From the NCBI GenBank assembly GCA_023253875.1, contig JALRFC010000001.1, forward strand, positions 1 to 28,015: a DNA stretch of 28,015 nucleotides. The letters are read 5' to 3'. Source of the DNA: Candidatus Kapaibacterium sp. GTDB lineage: Bacteria > Bacteroidota > Ignavibacteria > Kapaibacteriales > UBA961. This document shows, piece by piece, positions 8,446 through 18,808 of the stretch. A program made the position numbers and the translations under genes. The notes beneath the pieces are model-generated. The model saw only the letters and a program-made list of their open reading frames with translations, ran no database searches and was not told the DNA's origin. Position 1 is the stretch's first letter; each line of letters begins with the position of its first letter.

Positions 8446-9771
8446 ATGAAAAATGTATTGATCATCGCTTATTATTTTCCTCCTTCCGGCGGACCCGGTG
8501 TACAAAGGGTTTTGAAGCATATTCAATATCTACGGGACTTTGGATGGAATCCAATCGTTCTTACCGTATCAAATGGAGATTTTCCGGCAAGAGATGAATC
8601 TTTGCTTGCCAAAATTCCTCCCGACATCATCGTTGAAAGAACTCATATTTATGAACCCTATGATGCATATCGCTTTCTCATGGGACAAAAAAAAGGAATG
8701 CCAATCGATGTGAATGTGATCAAAAACGATCATCAAAAGCGCACGTTCAAAGAGCAAATTGCAGAGGCGGTTCGTGCTACATTATTCATACCTGATGCTC
8801 GAATTGGTTGGTTGCCTACAGCAATACCAAAAGCAATGGAATTGATTGAAAAACACGCAATCAGTGCAATATACAATTCTTCACCCCCTTACACAACATC
8901 GCTCATTGCCAGACAATTGAAGAGAAAGACAGGTTTGCATTGGGTAGCAGGTTTCCGCGATCCATGGACAGAATTTCTTACATCGCCTAAAAGATGGTTT
9001 ATACCGGCATGGATAGACAGAATGTTTGAACGCTCTGTATTTACTGAAGCTGATGCAATTGAATGTGCATGGATAGGCATCATTAAAGATGCACTGAGAA
9101 AATTCCCGGAATTGCCCGAATCAAAGTTTCATCATGTGCCAAATGGATATGATTCCACGGATTATCCGAGTGCTGAACATATCGACACATCACTTGCAAT
9201 TAATGATGCATTTGTGTTGACATATACGGGTTCGATGTATGGAAGGCGGAATCCATCATCTCTGTTTGCTGCATTGGAATTGCTCATTTCAAAGAATCTC
9301 ATCGATCCCCAAAAAATACACCTTCGATTCATCGGTAGATTTGGTAATGAAGTGCATGACATGTTTAATGCCGCATCATTCACATCATCAATTGAAGTAA
9401 TCGGTTATGTTCCACATGAGCAAAGCATCTCATATCTCCTTGTTTCGCATGCACTTCTATTAATTGTGGATGAGGCCAAGGAAAGTGAGGAAATCGTTCC
9501 CGGTAAAGTCTATGAATATATAGGATCTATGAAACCAGTAATTGCCATTGCTCCCTCAAAAGGCGCCATAGCCGAACTCATGCATGAAACTCAAGCAGGT
9601 GGCATCGCTCATCAGTCAGATATCGAAGGAATCGCAGACATCCTACTCGGGATGTATCAGGCATTTCAAGAAGGAAAACAGATTGCACATCCGAATGTGG
9701 ATGCAATCAAACGATATGAAAGAAGGGAATCAACTCGCACATTGGCGAGACTGCTGGATTGTTTATCCTAA
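8446..9771 (+). CDS. Glycosyltransferase family 4 (GT-B)
   Basis: [48 protein letters not shown]. Start placed at ATG 8446, downstream of the promoter element. Confidence 0.88.
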   Translation: MKNVLIIAYYFPPSGGPGVQRVLKHIQYLRDFGWNPIVLTVSNGDFPARDESLLAKIPPDIIVERTHIYEPYDAYRFLMGQKKGMPIDVNVIKNDHQKRTFKEQIAEAVRATLFIPDARIGWLPTAIPKAMELIEKHAISAIYNSSPPYTTSLIARQLKRKTGLHWVAGFRDPWTEFLTSPKRWFIPAWIDRMFERSVFTEADAIECAWIGIIKDALRKFPELPESKFHHVPNGYDSTDYPSAEHIDTSLAINDAFVLTYTGSMYGRRNPSSLFAALELLISKNLIDPQKIHLRFIGRFGNEVHDMFNAASFTSSIEVIGYVPHEQSISYLLVSHALLLIVDEAKESEEIVPGKVYEYIGSMKPVIAIAPSKGAIAELMHETQAGGIAHQSDIEGIADILLGMYQAFQEGKQIAHPNVDAIKRYERRESTRTLARLLDCLS

Positions 9772-10275
9772 GAGTTCATTTTTTTTGCGAGATGCTTCAG
9801 CCATTTGAGTCTTGAAGACTGTCATTTCATCAAGCAATTCAGGATAACATGCACTTAAAATTTGTACTGCAAGCAATCCTGCATTTTTGCCTCCCCCAAT
9901 GGCAACTGTAGCAACCGGCACACCGGGTGGCATTTGAACGATGGACAATAAAGAATCCTGTCCACCCAAAGCTTTAGTTTGCACAGGAACACCAATCACA
10001 GGCAATGGTGAATATGCGGCTGTCATTCCTGGTAAATGGGCTGCACCGCCGGCTCCGGCTATAATCACTTTAATTCCACGCTGATGAGCAGTTTTGCCAT
10101 ATTCCGCCATATCTTCAGGCGTTCTATGTGCAGAGACGACCTTCAATTCATAAGGAATGGAAAATGTTTCGCAGATGGTTGCAGCTTCTTGCATGGTAGG
10201 AAGATCTGAATCACTTCCCATGATGATTCCGACAATTGGATCATTTCCAAAACGATTGCTTTTTTGCTCTGACAT
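9763..10275 (-). CDS. purE: N5-carboxyaminoimidazole ribonucleotide mutase
   Basis: [60 protein letters not shown] 10275 is 9 nt after AGGA. Confidence 0.97.
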   Translation of the reverse strand: MSEQKSNRFGNDPIVGIIMGSDSDLPTMQEAATICETFSIPYELKVVSAHRTPEDMAEYGKTAHQRGIKVIIAGAGGAAHLPGMTAAYSPLPVIGVPVQTKALGGQDSLLSIVQMPPGVPVATVAIGGGKNAGLLAVQILSACYPELLDEMTVFKTQMAEASRKKNELLG

Positions 10276-10291
10276 GATATACATTCCTAAG

Positions 10292-10328
10292 AAAAAAAAG
10301 TGCCCCGACGGATAGCACTCGTCGGGGC
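10292..10328 (-). terminator. Intrinsic terminator after hmgA
   Basis: 9-bp GC-rich stem GCCCCGACG/CGTCGGGGC followed by a U8 run on the minus strand. Confidence 0.85.
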
Positions 10329-10350
10329 TTCCTGATATTTCAGCGATTAT

Positions 10351-11646
10351 TTATCGCTTATTCGGATTGAAGAGTGGTTTCAAACCTTGCCAACATTCGA
10401 AATAATCTCTCTGCAATTCACCGGTTTCCATTGCATATTTGGTAGGACGATTTACAAATCGTGTTTCAACCATAAAGGCAATGCCATTATTCAGATAATG
10501 CGGTTCGAGTTTCGCATTGACTGCCTTTTCATAAGTGGTGGCGTCTGGTCCATGACCGGACATACAATTATGCAATGAACTTCCGCCCGGCACAAATCCT
10601 CCCTCTTTGGCATCATAAGCACCGGAAATCAGTCCCATATATTCATTCATGAAATTTCTATGGAACCAGGGCGGTCTGAATGTATGCTCAGCAACCATCC
10701 ATCTCGGAGGGAAAATCACGAAGTCCGCATTTGCTGTTCCGGGTGTATCAGAGGCAGAAGTGAGGACAGTATATATGGATGGATCCGGATGATCAAAAGT
10801 GACGGTATTGATGCAATTGAAATGAGCCAAATCATATTTATATGGTGCATAATTGCCATGCCATGCAACAACATCCAATGGTGAATGCTTCAATTCTGCT
10901 TGCCAAAGATTGCCCATAAATTTTGAGATCACATGAAACTCTCCATCGACCTGTTCATATGAGGCAACTGGATAGAGAAAATCTCTTGGATTTGCCAAAC
11001 CATTGGCACCAATCGGACCAAGATCCGGCAATTTGAAAGGTGATCCATAATTCTCACAGACATAACCTCTAGCTGAATCCTCCATGAGATCTACGGCAAA
11101 CTTGATTCCGCGAGGAATCACGCAAATTTCTCCCGGAGCCACATGGATCTTTCCAAGTTCAGTACGAAACAATAAAGCACCATGCTGTGGAATGAAAAGC
11201 ATCTCGCCATCAGCATTGTAAAAGTACTTATTCTTCATCGAAGTATTGATTGCATAGATATGCACCGCAACACCAGATTGCGAAGCTGAATCTCCACATC
11301 CTGCCATTGTGATAATACCATCCACCATATCTGTCGAAATTTCCGGAATTGGATGCGGATCCCATCTCAATTGATTTGGAGTGGTTTCTACTTCATCAAA
11401 TGGAGTGGATCTGATTAATCCATTTTCGATTCTTTCATATGGTTTATGAACAACGGATGGCCTGATTCTATAGAGCCAAGAGCGCTTATTGGCACCTCTT
11501 GGGGCAGTGAATGCCGAACCATTCACTTGCTCAGCATAGAGATCATATGGATTTCTTTGCGGTGAATTCTGTCCGATTGGCAAAGCACCCGGCAAGGCCT
11601 CTGTGGCAAATTCATTACCAAAACCGGAATTGTATTGAAGTTCCAT
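10351..11646 (-). CDS. hmgA: Homogentisate 1,2-dioxygenase
   Basis: [98 protein letters not shown]. Confidence 0.97.
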   Translation of the reverse strand: MELQYNSGFGNEFATEALPGALPIGQNSPQRNPYDLYAEQVNGSAFTAPRGANKRSWLYRIRPSVVHKPYERIENGLIRSTPFDEVETTPNQLRWDPHPIPEISTDMVDGIITMAGCGDSASQSGVAVHIYAINTSMKNKYFYNADGEMLFIPQHGALLFRTELGKIHVAPGEICVIPRGIKFAVDLMEDSARGYVCENYGSPFKLPDLGPIGANGLANPRDFLYPVASYEQVDGEFHVISKFMGNLWQAELKHSPLDVVAWHGNYAPYKYDLAHFNCINTVTFDHPDPSIYTVLTSASDTPGTANADFVIFPPRWMVAEHTFRPPWFHRNFMNEYMGLISGAYDAKEGGFVPGGSSLHNCMSGHGPDATTYEKAVNAKLEPHYLNNGIAFMVETRFVNRPTKYAMETGELQRDYFECWQGLKPLFNPNKR

Positions 11647-11714
11647 GTCAACTTCCTGAATAGTGGGGAATACTCACCCTCCCATCATTCTTGCTTTGTG
11701 AAAAGAATGATGAG

Positions 11715-11722
11715 CAAAAATA
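11715..11722 (-). promoter_or_regulatory. TAnnTTTG -7 element upstream of hmgA
   Basis: TATTTTTG on the minus strand in the hmgA/atpD divergent intergenic region. Confidence 0.5.
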
Positions 11723-11789
11723 ACAAGGTTTTTTGACTTCCAATCCAAACAATTGCATGAAATGTTGGCTATACTCACTTTGAAAGGTC

Positions 11790-13279
<1,490 letters not shown>

Positions 13280-13305
13280 TTGATCTTTTTATTTAATGAA
13301 GTAAT

Positions 13306-13713
13306 ATGTCAGAACATTTGCTCAATATCGATATAGTAACTCCGCAAAGTATCATCTTTAGCGGGACAGGTGTTTCGGTTTCTTTGCCTGGAGCTCAATC
13401 ACCCTTTCAAGTACTCTATAATCACGCCCCGATTGTATCAGCACTGGAAGTGGGTGCCATCAAGATCATCAATGAAGATAATTCCGAAGTGCTTTATGCC
13501 ACTGAAGGAGGATTTGTTGAAGTTCTACATAATAAAGTTTCAATTGTTGTCGAAACAGCTGAGAAAGCCTCAGAAATTAATATAGATGCTGCCAATGCCC
13601 TGATTTCTGACCTCAAACAACAACTCGAACATACTACATCTATGCAACAAAGAGATCATATCAAGCATGCAATTTCTATTCAAGAAAATAGAGCCCGCAT
13701 AGCTTCAAAGTAA
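13306..13713 (+). CDS. atpC: F0F1 ATP synthase subunit epsilon
   Basis: LNIDIVTPQ, VSLPGAQSPFQVLYNHAPIVSAL, GGFVEV. Directly follows atpD. Confidence 0.95.
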   Translation: MSEHLLNIDIVTPQSIIFSGTGVSVSLPGAQSPFQVLYNHAPIVSALEVGAIKIINEDNSEVLYATEGGFVEVLHNKVSIVVETAEKASEINIDAANALISDLKQQLEHTTSMQQRDHIKHAISIQENRARIASK

Positions 13714-13735
13714 TCTGCATTGTACTTGACGAAAG

Positions 13736-13764
13736 AAAGCCATCAATTTTTGATGGCTTTTTTT
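13736..13764 (+). terminator. Intrinsic terminator of atpD-atpC
   Basis: AAAGCCATCA/TGATGGCTTT 10-bp stem followed by a T run. Confidence 0.85.
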
Positions 13765-13767
13765 ATA

Positions 13768-13809
13768 GAAACAACAATTCCCGTAAACAGGGGAAGCGTT
13801 TACGGGAAT
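13768..13809 (-). terminator. Probable minus-strand terminator hairpin
   Basis: Perfect 12-bp stem ATTCCCGTAAAC/GTTTACGGGAAT (13777-13788/13798-13809), followed on the minus strand by the U-rich TGTTGTTTC. Confidence 0.6.
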
Positions 13810-13975
13810 CGTGCTCTTAGGGAAGATAGGCTTGATGCCAAAAACCATTCAGGTTTTGCAGCATTGAAGGGAAGCATCAAACCTCGGGGGTCAACATACA
13901 ATTTTCACATTGGCTAATAATAACCATCTTTCTGGTTAATATTCAGCAAAGTGTATGCCAAAAACCCGGAGTTTT
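13768..13975 (-). ncRNA. Candidate structured sRNA or long 3' UTR with three CUUCCC motifs
   Basis: ORF-free ~200 nt with several hairpins. An 11-bp stem is closed by G-U only on the minus strand. CUUCCC(C)U occurs three times in loops or bulges. The 5' boundary is uncertain. Confidence 0.4.
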
Positions 13976-13996
13976 AAGAAATATGAGATCTTATTC

Positions 13997-15268
13997 TTAG
14001 ATTTTTTCAAATTCTTGAATGAATAATTGCTTTTGTGCAGATGTCAAGGTTTTTTCCCTTCTCTTCATGACAATCTCTGCGATTCCAACTGCTTTTTCCA
14101 ATTCATAGACATGATTTGAACCTTCATTTGATTCTTTTGTTCCCCAACTGAATGAAGAAATATCCTTTGGAGGAAATTCTCCGATATCATGAATGGAAGA
14201 GCTGATTCCGATGACAGTTCCCGTTGAAAGGCATGTTCCAATTGCAGTTTTTGTATGATCACCGATGAGTGCTCCCAAGAATCTGAGTCCGGTTTGTACG
14301 TTCTTGCCACGCAAAAAGACATCAATTTCCCCATAGGTATTTTTTAAATCTGAAGTTGTGGTCATTGCGCCCAGATTTACCCATTCACCAATATATGAAT
14401 GCCCCACAAAACCCTGATGTTGCTTATTTGCATATCCATGAAAGATGCTTTGTTCGACTTCCCCACCGATTTTACACATAGGTCCGATCACCGTACCGGA
14501 ATAGATCTGCGCGCCTGCTTTGATGATACTTCCTTTTCCGATATGACATGGACCTTGAATAAAAGAATGCGCCATGATGTGAACATCTGATTCAATGATG
14601 ATTGGTCCTTTGCTAGCATCCAGCACTATTCCGGGGGCACATTCACAATTTCTCCCGATGAGAATGCGGTCTACATTCAATGCAAATACATGCCCGGGCA
14701 GAGCTTCTCTCAATTGCTTGGAGAAGAAGCCAAATGACTCTGAAATGGCTTTCGGAGCAAGCATCATCGCATCCCATTGATAGATAATACTCTCCGTGTG
14801 CAACTGCGTGATTGGCAAAGAATCAAAGGGAATTTTCTCTATGATTTGCTCAAAAGTAGGGGCATGAAGATTCACATAGGATAATTCAGCTTCTTGTACC
14901 AAATACACACCTATTATTCTCTCTTCATCTTTTATTACAAAAGATTGTCCGCCATCAATTGCCATTCTTCGAAGTATGGTTACCGTCTGTGCATTGGGTA
15001 CAATTTCTGAACGAAGAATCATGAGTGGAGCAGAATGAATAGATAATCCATCCATTGCAAACCCTTCTTGTTCTAAAAAAGATCTTTTTTGAAGATCGCG
15101 TCCGGCAAAACGAATGGAAAATTCCGGCAATGAATCTCTATAAACTTCAAAGATCCTTCGACCACCATATCGCAATTCCCAGGAAGAATGCATGATAGAA
15201 AAAGGATACAGAGAATCTGACATTCCATCAGATTCAGAAAGTACTAATGTGAAAAGAGCTTGTTGCAT
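13997..15268 (-). CDS. GlmU-like putative sugar nucleotidyltransferase/acetyltransferase (Bacteroidota 'alt GlmU' type) with hexapeptide repeats
   Basis: LYPFS...WELRYG N-terminus. Left-handed beta-helix repeats VLDASKGPIIIE..IQGPCHIG..IGPMCKIGGEVEQS, then HQGFVGHSYIGEWVNLGA.TT.SDLKNTY and GALIGDHTKTAIGT. Confidence 0.85.
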   Translation of the reverse strand: MQQALFTLVLSESDGMSDSLYPFSIMHSSWELRYGGRRIFEVYRDSLPEFSIRFAGRDLQKRSFLEQEGFAMDGLSIHSAPLMILRSEIVPNAQTVTILRRMAIDGGQSFVIKDEERIIGVYLVQEAELSYVNLHAPTFEQIIEKIPFDSLPITQLHTESIIYQWDAMMLAPKAISESFGFFSKQLREALPGHVFALNVDRILIGRNCECAPGIVLDASKGPIIIESDVHIMAHSFIQGPCHIGKGSIIKAGAQIYSGTVIGPMCKIGGEVEQSIFHGYANKQHQGFVGHSYIGEWVNLGAMTTTSDLKNTYGEIDVFLRGKNVQTGLRFLGALIGDHTKTAIGTCLSTGTVIGISSSIHDIGEFPPKDISSFSWGTKESNEGSNHVYELEKAVGIAEIVMKRREKTLTSAQKQLFIQEFEKI

Positions 15269-15333
15269 TACTTATCCGGAAATTCATGAGGTATGACAAA
15301 AATCATTGTTAGAGTGACCAAAACCAAAGAATT

Positions 15334-15361
15334 TTGACATGAAGTCAATGTTCAATATCAT
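15334..15361 (+). promoter_or_regulatory. Sigma70-type promoter (TTGACA-N16-TATCAT) overlapped by the palindrome TTGAC-N5-GTCAA, upstream of ccoG
   Basis: TTGACA 15334-15339, TATCAT 15356-15361, palindrome 15334-15348, SD GGAGG 15374-15378. Confidence 0.5.
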
Positions 15362-15386
15362 ATTCTGATTCTGGGAGGGATTGAAT

Positions 15387-16802
15387 ATGTCCATAATTGA
15401 TATCCCTGTTGAGGATGTCGAGAATTTTCGGAATGAACTCGCAAGCATAGATCGCGATGGTTCTCGAAAATGGATTTATGCCCGACAACCCAAAGGCCAA
15501 TATTATACAGCTCGTACAATAGTAGCCACTATTCTGCTCATTTTTCTCTTTGCCGGACCCCACATATATGTGAATGGTCATCCATTCATGTTGCTGAATC
15601 TTCCAGAAAGAATGTTTATTGTCTTTGGCATACCATTTATGCCACAGGACTTCCATTTAGTTGTTCTTCTTGCACTTTCTGCCCTGGTTTCCGTTGCATT
15701 GTTCACTGCAATTGCAGGAAGAATTTGGTGCGGATGGATGTGTCCCCAGACCATTTTTCTAGAAATGGTCTTTCGAAGAATCGAATGGTTTATCGAGGGT
15801 TCTCCAAAAGAACAAGCCATACTCAATGCCGGAAGATGGACACAAAAGAAGATTCTGAAAAAGAGTGTGAAACATATCATATTCTTTGGAATTTCATTTG
15901 CCATTGCCAATACCTTTTTGGCATATATCATTGGTCGAGATGAATTACTCAAGATTCAATTAGATGATCCCATGAATCATCTTTCAGGATTGGGGATCAT
16001 TACTCTCTTCAGCTTTGTGTTTTATGCAGTCTTCGCAAGATTCCGTGAGCAAGCTTGTTTGATTGCTTGTCCATATGGAAGATATCAATCGGTTTTGGTT
16101 GATAAAAACACCATTGCCGTTACTTATGATTTTGTACGTGGGGAACCAAGAGGAAAACAGAAAAACAATAATGTTGGAGATGTGCAAACGATAAAAGGTG
16201 ATTGCATTGATTGTCACCAATGCGTCGTTGTATGTCCAACCGGAATTGACATCCGAAATGGCATTCAGCTCGAATGTGTGAATTGCACAGCATGTATTGA
16301 TGCATGCGACCATGTCATGACAAAAGTCGGATCACCCAAAGGACTCATCAGATATACTTCATGGGAAGCCGTAAAGAATGGAACAGCAAATATTTTCACC
16401 GGCAGAATCAAGGCATATCTTGCTGTGTGGATCATCTTGCTTTCCATTGTTGCATTTATGTTCTCAAAAAGAACCGAAACAGAAACATTAATCTTGCGTC
16501 AACCGGGCACAACATTCATCAAACAAGGCAATGATGCCATCGGCAATTTTTTCAATGTGATGATTACAAACAAAACATTTGGCAATAAAGAAATCAACAT
16601 AAAAGTTTTATCGCCGAATACAGCAACTATGCGACCTTTGGGATCATTCACTCCGGTCAAGGAATTCACCACATTGGAAAGTAGAATATTAGTTTCGATT
16701 CCAAAAGAATCAGCCACTTCCGGTAAGACAATGATTCAGTTCGGCATATATTCACATGGCACACTTCTCGAAACAGTTCAAAGTGCTTTCATAGCGCCTT
16801 AA
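15387..16802 (+). CDS. ccoG: Cytochrome c oxidase (cbb3) accessory protein CcoG/FixG, 4Fe-4S
   Basis: GRIWCGWMCPQTIF, FREQAC..ACPYGRYQS, YD..RGEPRG, GDCIDCHQCVVVCPTGIDIRNGIQLECVNCTACIDACD, and a C-terminal Ig-like region. ATG 15387 is 8 nt after GGAGG. The ORF-track start 15381 is TTG. Confidence 0.95.
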   Translation: MSIIDIPVEDVENFRNELASIDRDGSRKWIYARQPKGQYYTARTIVATILLIFLFAGPHIYVNGHPFMLLNLPERMFIVFGIPFMPQDFHLVVLLALSALVSVALFTAIAGRIWCGWMCPQTIFLEMVFRRIEWFIEGSPKEQAILNAGRWTQKKILKKSVKHIIFFGISFAIANTFLAYIIGRDELLKIQLDDPMNHLSGLGIITLFSFVFYAVFARFREQACLIACPYGRYQSVLVDKNTIAVTYDFVRGEPRGKQKNNNVGDVQTIKGDCIDCHQCVVVCPTGIDIRNGIQLECVNCTACIDACDHVMTKVGSPKGLIRYTSWEAVKNGTANIFTGRIKAYLAVWIILLSIVAFMFSKRTETETLILRQPGTTFIKQGNDAIGNFFNVMITNKTFGNKEINIKVLSPNTATMRPLGSFTPVKEFTTLESRILVSIPKESATSGKTMIQFGIYSHGTLLETVQSAFIAP

Positions 16803-16811
16803 GGAGTAATC

Positions 16812-17252
16812 ATGGAAAAGACACAATCTAGATTTCACTGGGGCTGGCGCATTGGAATCATCTATACTACTTTTGCTTTGGCAACAATAGGCTTCATGAT
16901 ATTCTCTTTCACCCAAAAAGTGGATCTCGTCAGCCCGCAATATTATGCTGATGAATTACGACAAGATGCAAAAATGCTGGCGGAGAATAATGCACTGAAT
17001 TTGTCCGAAAAATTCTCACTTACACATGAAGGAAACATACTCTCGATTCAATTTCCAAATACTCCTGAACGTGGAATGATACATCTCTATCGTCCGTCTG
17101 GTTCAGATTTGGACAAAGAAATCAAGATAGTTGGTGGAATTGCACAGCAATCATTCTCAATTGCAAATCTGACATCAGGATTATGGATTGCAAAAGTTGA
17201 ATGGTCTGTCGGTCAAACATCATTTTATGCTGAGCGGAGATTCACAAAGTGA
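16812..17252 (+). CDS. fixH: FixH/CcoH family protein
   Basis: HWGWRIGIIYTTF TM segment, DLVSPQYYADEL, LYRPS..LD, GLW..KVEW. Follows ccoG; SD AAGGAG. Confidence 0.85.
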   Translation: MEKTQSRFHWGWRIGIIYTTFALATIGFMIFSFTQKVDLVSPQYYADELRQDAKMLAENNALNLSEKFSLTHEGNILSIQFPNTPERGMIHLYRPSGSDLDKEIKIVGGIAQQSFSIANLTSGLWIAKVEWSVGQTSFYAERRFTK

Positions 17253-17989
17253 CAAGCGATATACTCTATGTTTCTGCTTTGACAATGGGCTTGCTTGGTA
17301 GCATACATTGCATGGGAATGTGTGGCCCAATCGTTCTTGTTCTTCATGGCAATAGACCATTCCTTTCTAGGTTATCCTATCATGTCGGAAGAATCGCTAT
17401 CTATGCAAGTATTGGGACACTCATTGGATTTTCCGGTGGTGCATTACGACTTGCAGCATCGCAGGAAGCGATTTCTATCATAGCAGGAATTTTCATGTTA
17501 CTCATGATTGTTCTCCCATCACGATTAATATCATCGCTTCCAATCCTTCGCTCCTTTGGAAGGTTCTATTCCTTCATTCAACAGAATACTCAACAGTATT
17601 GGAAAGAAAGAAGTATCAAAGGTGATTTCTTTCTTGGCATGATAAATGGTATTCTGCCTTGTGGATTTTTATATGCTGCATTTCTTGGATCATTGAATGC
17701 AGGCTCAATCTTTGGAAGCGCGGTTTGGATGATCTTGTTTGGTATTGGCACAATCCCATCTTTACTATTTATTGGAAGTTTGTCCTCATTCAAGAATCCA
17801 ACGCTTCAAAAATATGTAAGCAATGCTCTACCGATAGGAACAGCAGTCATTGCGGTCATCTTTATATTACGTGGTCTTTCACTTGGCATTCCGATGATAA
17901 GTCCAATCCTCCCGGATAGTACTCCAAGTGCCAAGTCTTCTCTATTAAAGCATAATCAAGAACAGCAATGTTGTTCACCAAAGCATTGA
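17249..17989 (+). CDS. DsbD_2 / sulfite exporter TauE-SafE family membrane protein (cbb3 assembly cluster)
   Basis: GLLGSIHCMGMCGPI, YHVGRI..Y, G..NG.LPCG..Y, FGIGTIP. GTG start overlaps the fixH stop by 4 nt. Confidence 0.88.
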   Translation: MTSDILYVSALTMGLLGSIHCMGMCGPIVLVLHGNRPFLSRLSYHVGRIAIYASIGTLIGFSGGALRLAASQEAISIIAGIFMLLMIVLPSRLISSLPILRSFGRFYSFIQQNTQQYWKERSIKGDFFLGMINGILPCGFLYAAFLGSLNAGSIFGSAVWMILFGIGTIPSLLFIGSLSSFKNPTLQKYVSNALPIGTAVIAVIFILRGLSLGIPMISPILPDSTPSAKSSLLKHNQEQQCCSPKH

Positions 17990-18023
17990 TTAGAATGTTT
18001 CACATTTTTTATCGAGGAATACG

Positions 18024-18452
18024 ATGAAAGCATCGTTTATGCAATTAGCAATTGCAATCGTAGGTTTAGTGGTCTTTTCGAGCAATGGTCAGGCAGCAGG
18101 ACCTGATAAAGCTGCCCTCATGAAAAGAGGACAAGCGGTATATTCAGAATACTGCAAAACTTGTCATCAGGCAAATGGTCAAGGATTGTCAACTGTGTAT
18201 CCTCCGCTCGCAGGATCAGATTATGTCAAGACCAAAGGCGCTAAAGTGGTCACAGATAATGTCGTGAATGGCTTGAAAGGAGCAATCACGGTTAATGGCA
18301 AGAAATTCAATAATGTGATGACACCGCTTCCCGCAAAGTATACGAATGCAGACGCTGCTGCTGTTATTACATTCGTATTGAATTCTTGGGGAAATAATGG
18401 AGGTATTGTTTCCGAAGCAGATGTAAAGAAAGTTCGTAAAGCCGGCAAATAA
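18024..18452 (+). CDS. Exported monoheme class I c-type cytochrome
   Basis: Signal peptide (MKASFMQLAIAIVGLVVFSSNGQA), heme motif CKTCH, G.G...YPPLAGS, Met ligand in NVMTP, V.T..LNSWGN. SD GAGGA. Confidence 0.9.
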   Translation: MKASFMQLAIAIVGLVVFSSNGQAAGPDKAALMKRGQAVYSEYCKTCHQANGQGLSTVYPPLAGSDYVKTKGAKVVTDNVVNGLKGAITVNGKKFNNVMTPLPAKYTNADAAAVITFVLNSWGNNGGIVSEADVKKVRKAGK

Positions 18453-18470
18453 GGCGGACTCTTTAAACTT

Positions 18471-18506
18471 AAAATCCCTTCAGGGCATGCCTGAAGGGAT
18501 TTTTTT
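18471..18506 (+). terminator. Intrinsic terminator after cytochrome c
   Basis: 14-bp stem AAAATCCCTTCAGG/CCTGAAGGGATTTT plus a T run. Confidence 0.9.
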
Positions 18507-18760
18507 GTTGCAGAAGAGTATTCCATATTCAGTCCCAATCGAGACCGTGTATATGCCGGGTGGTGAATCCGGCATATCACTGCCATTGTTGGGTGGCGAA
18601 AAGTGGGAAAGAGAGTGCTCTTCCGTATCGAGATGTGTGGTGTACCCGATACTATAAAGACAGTCAATCTAGACTGAACCTTACATGGAAATTTGTTCCG
18701 CAATGGCGTGCATTGACGACTTTACATTTTTTTTCTTGCAGAACATCTATGTTTTTTGGC

Positions 18761-18785
18761 AAAAAAAAACTCCCAATTGGGAGTT
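18761..18785 (-). terminator. Intrinsic terminator after nuoK
   Basis: AACTCCC-AATT-GGGAGTT followed by a long U run on the minus strand. Confidence 0.8.
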
Positions 18786-18808
18786 CTAATACTTAAGTGT
18801 TTGAAAAC

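Noticed and set aside
11683-11712. 10-bp hairpin CATCATTCTT/AAGAATGATG in the hmgA leader as a riboswitch or attenuator
   Set aside because: AT-rich single hairpin with no U tract and no known aptamer motif. At most a 5' stabilising stem.
13770-13900. CsrB/RsmZ-like GGA-loop RNA on the plus strand, or a c-di-GMP riboswitch
   Set aside because: G-U versus C-A asymmetry and the U-rich tail favour the minus strand, the plus strand lies behind the atpC terminator, and the GEMM core motifs are missing.
15334-15348. Canonical FNR box
   Set aside because: The spacing is N5 with TTGAC/GTCAA arms rather than TTGAT-N4-ATCAA. Kept only as an unassigned dyad.
18547-18680. Cobalamin riboswitch, RNase P RNA, tmRNA, or a T9SS C-terminal domain remnant (minus frame ..SPPGIYTVSIGTE..)
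   Set aside because: The conserved cores are absent (B12 box and CCCGCAACTGT; GAGGAAAGTCC; tRNA-like ends). The T9SS-like peptide has no start codon and only a few matching residues.
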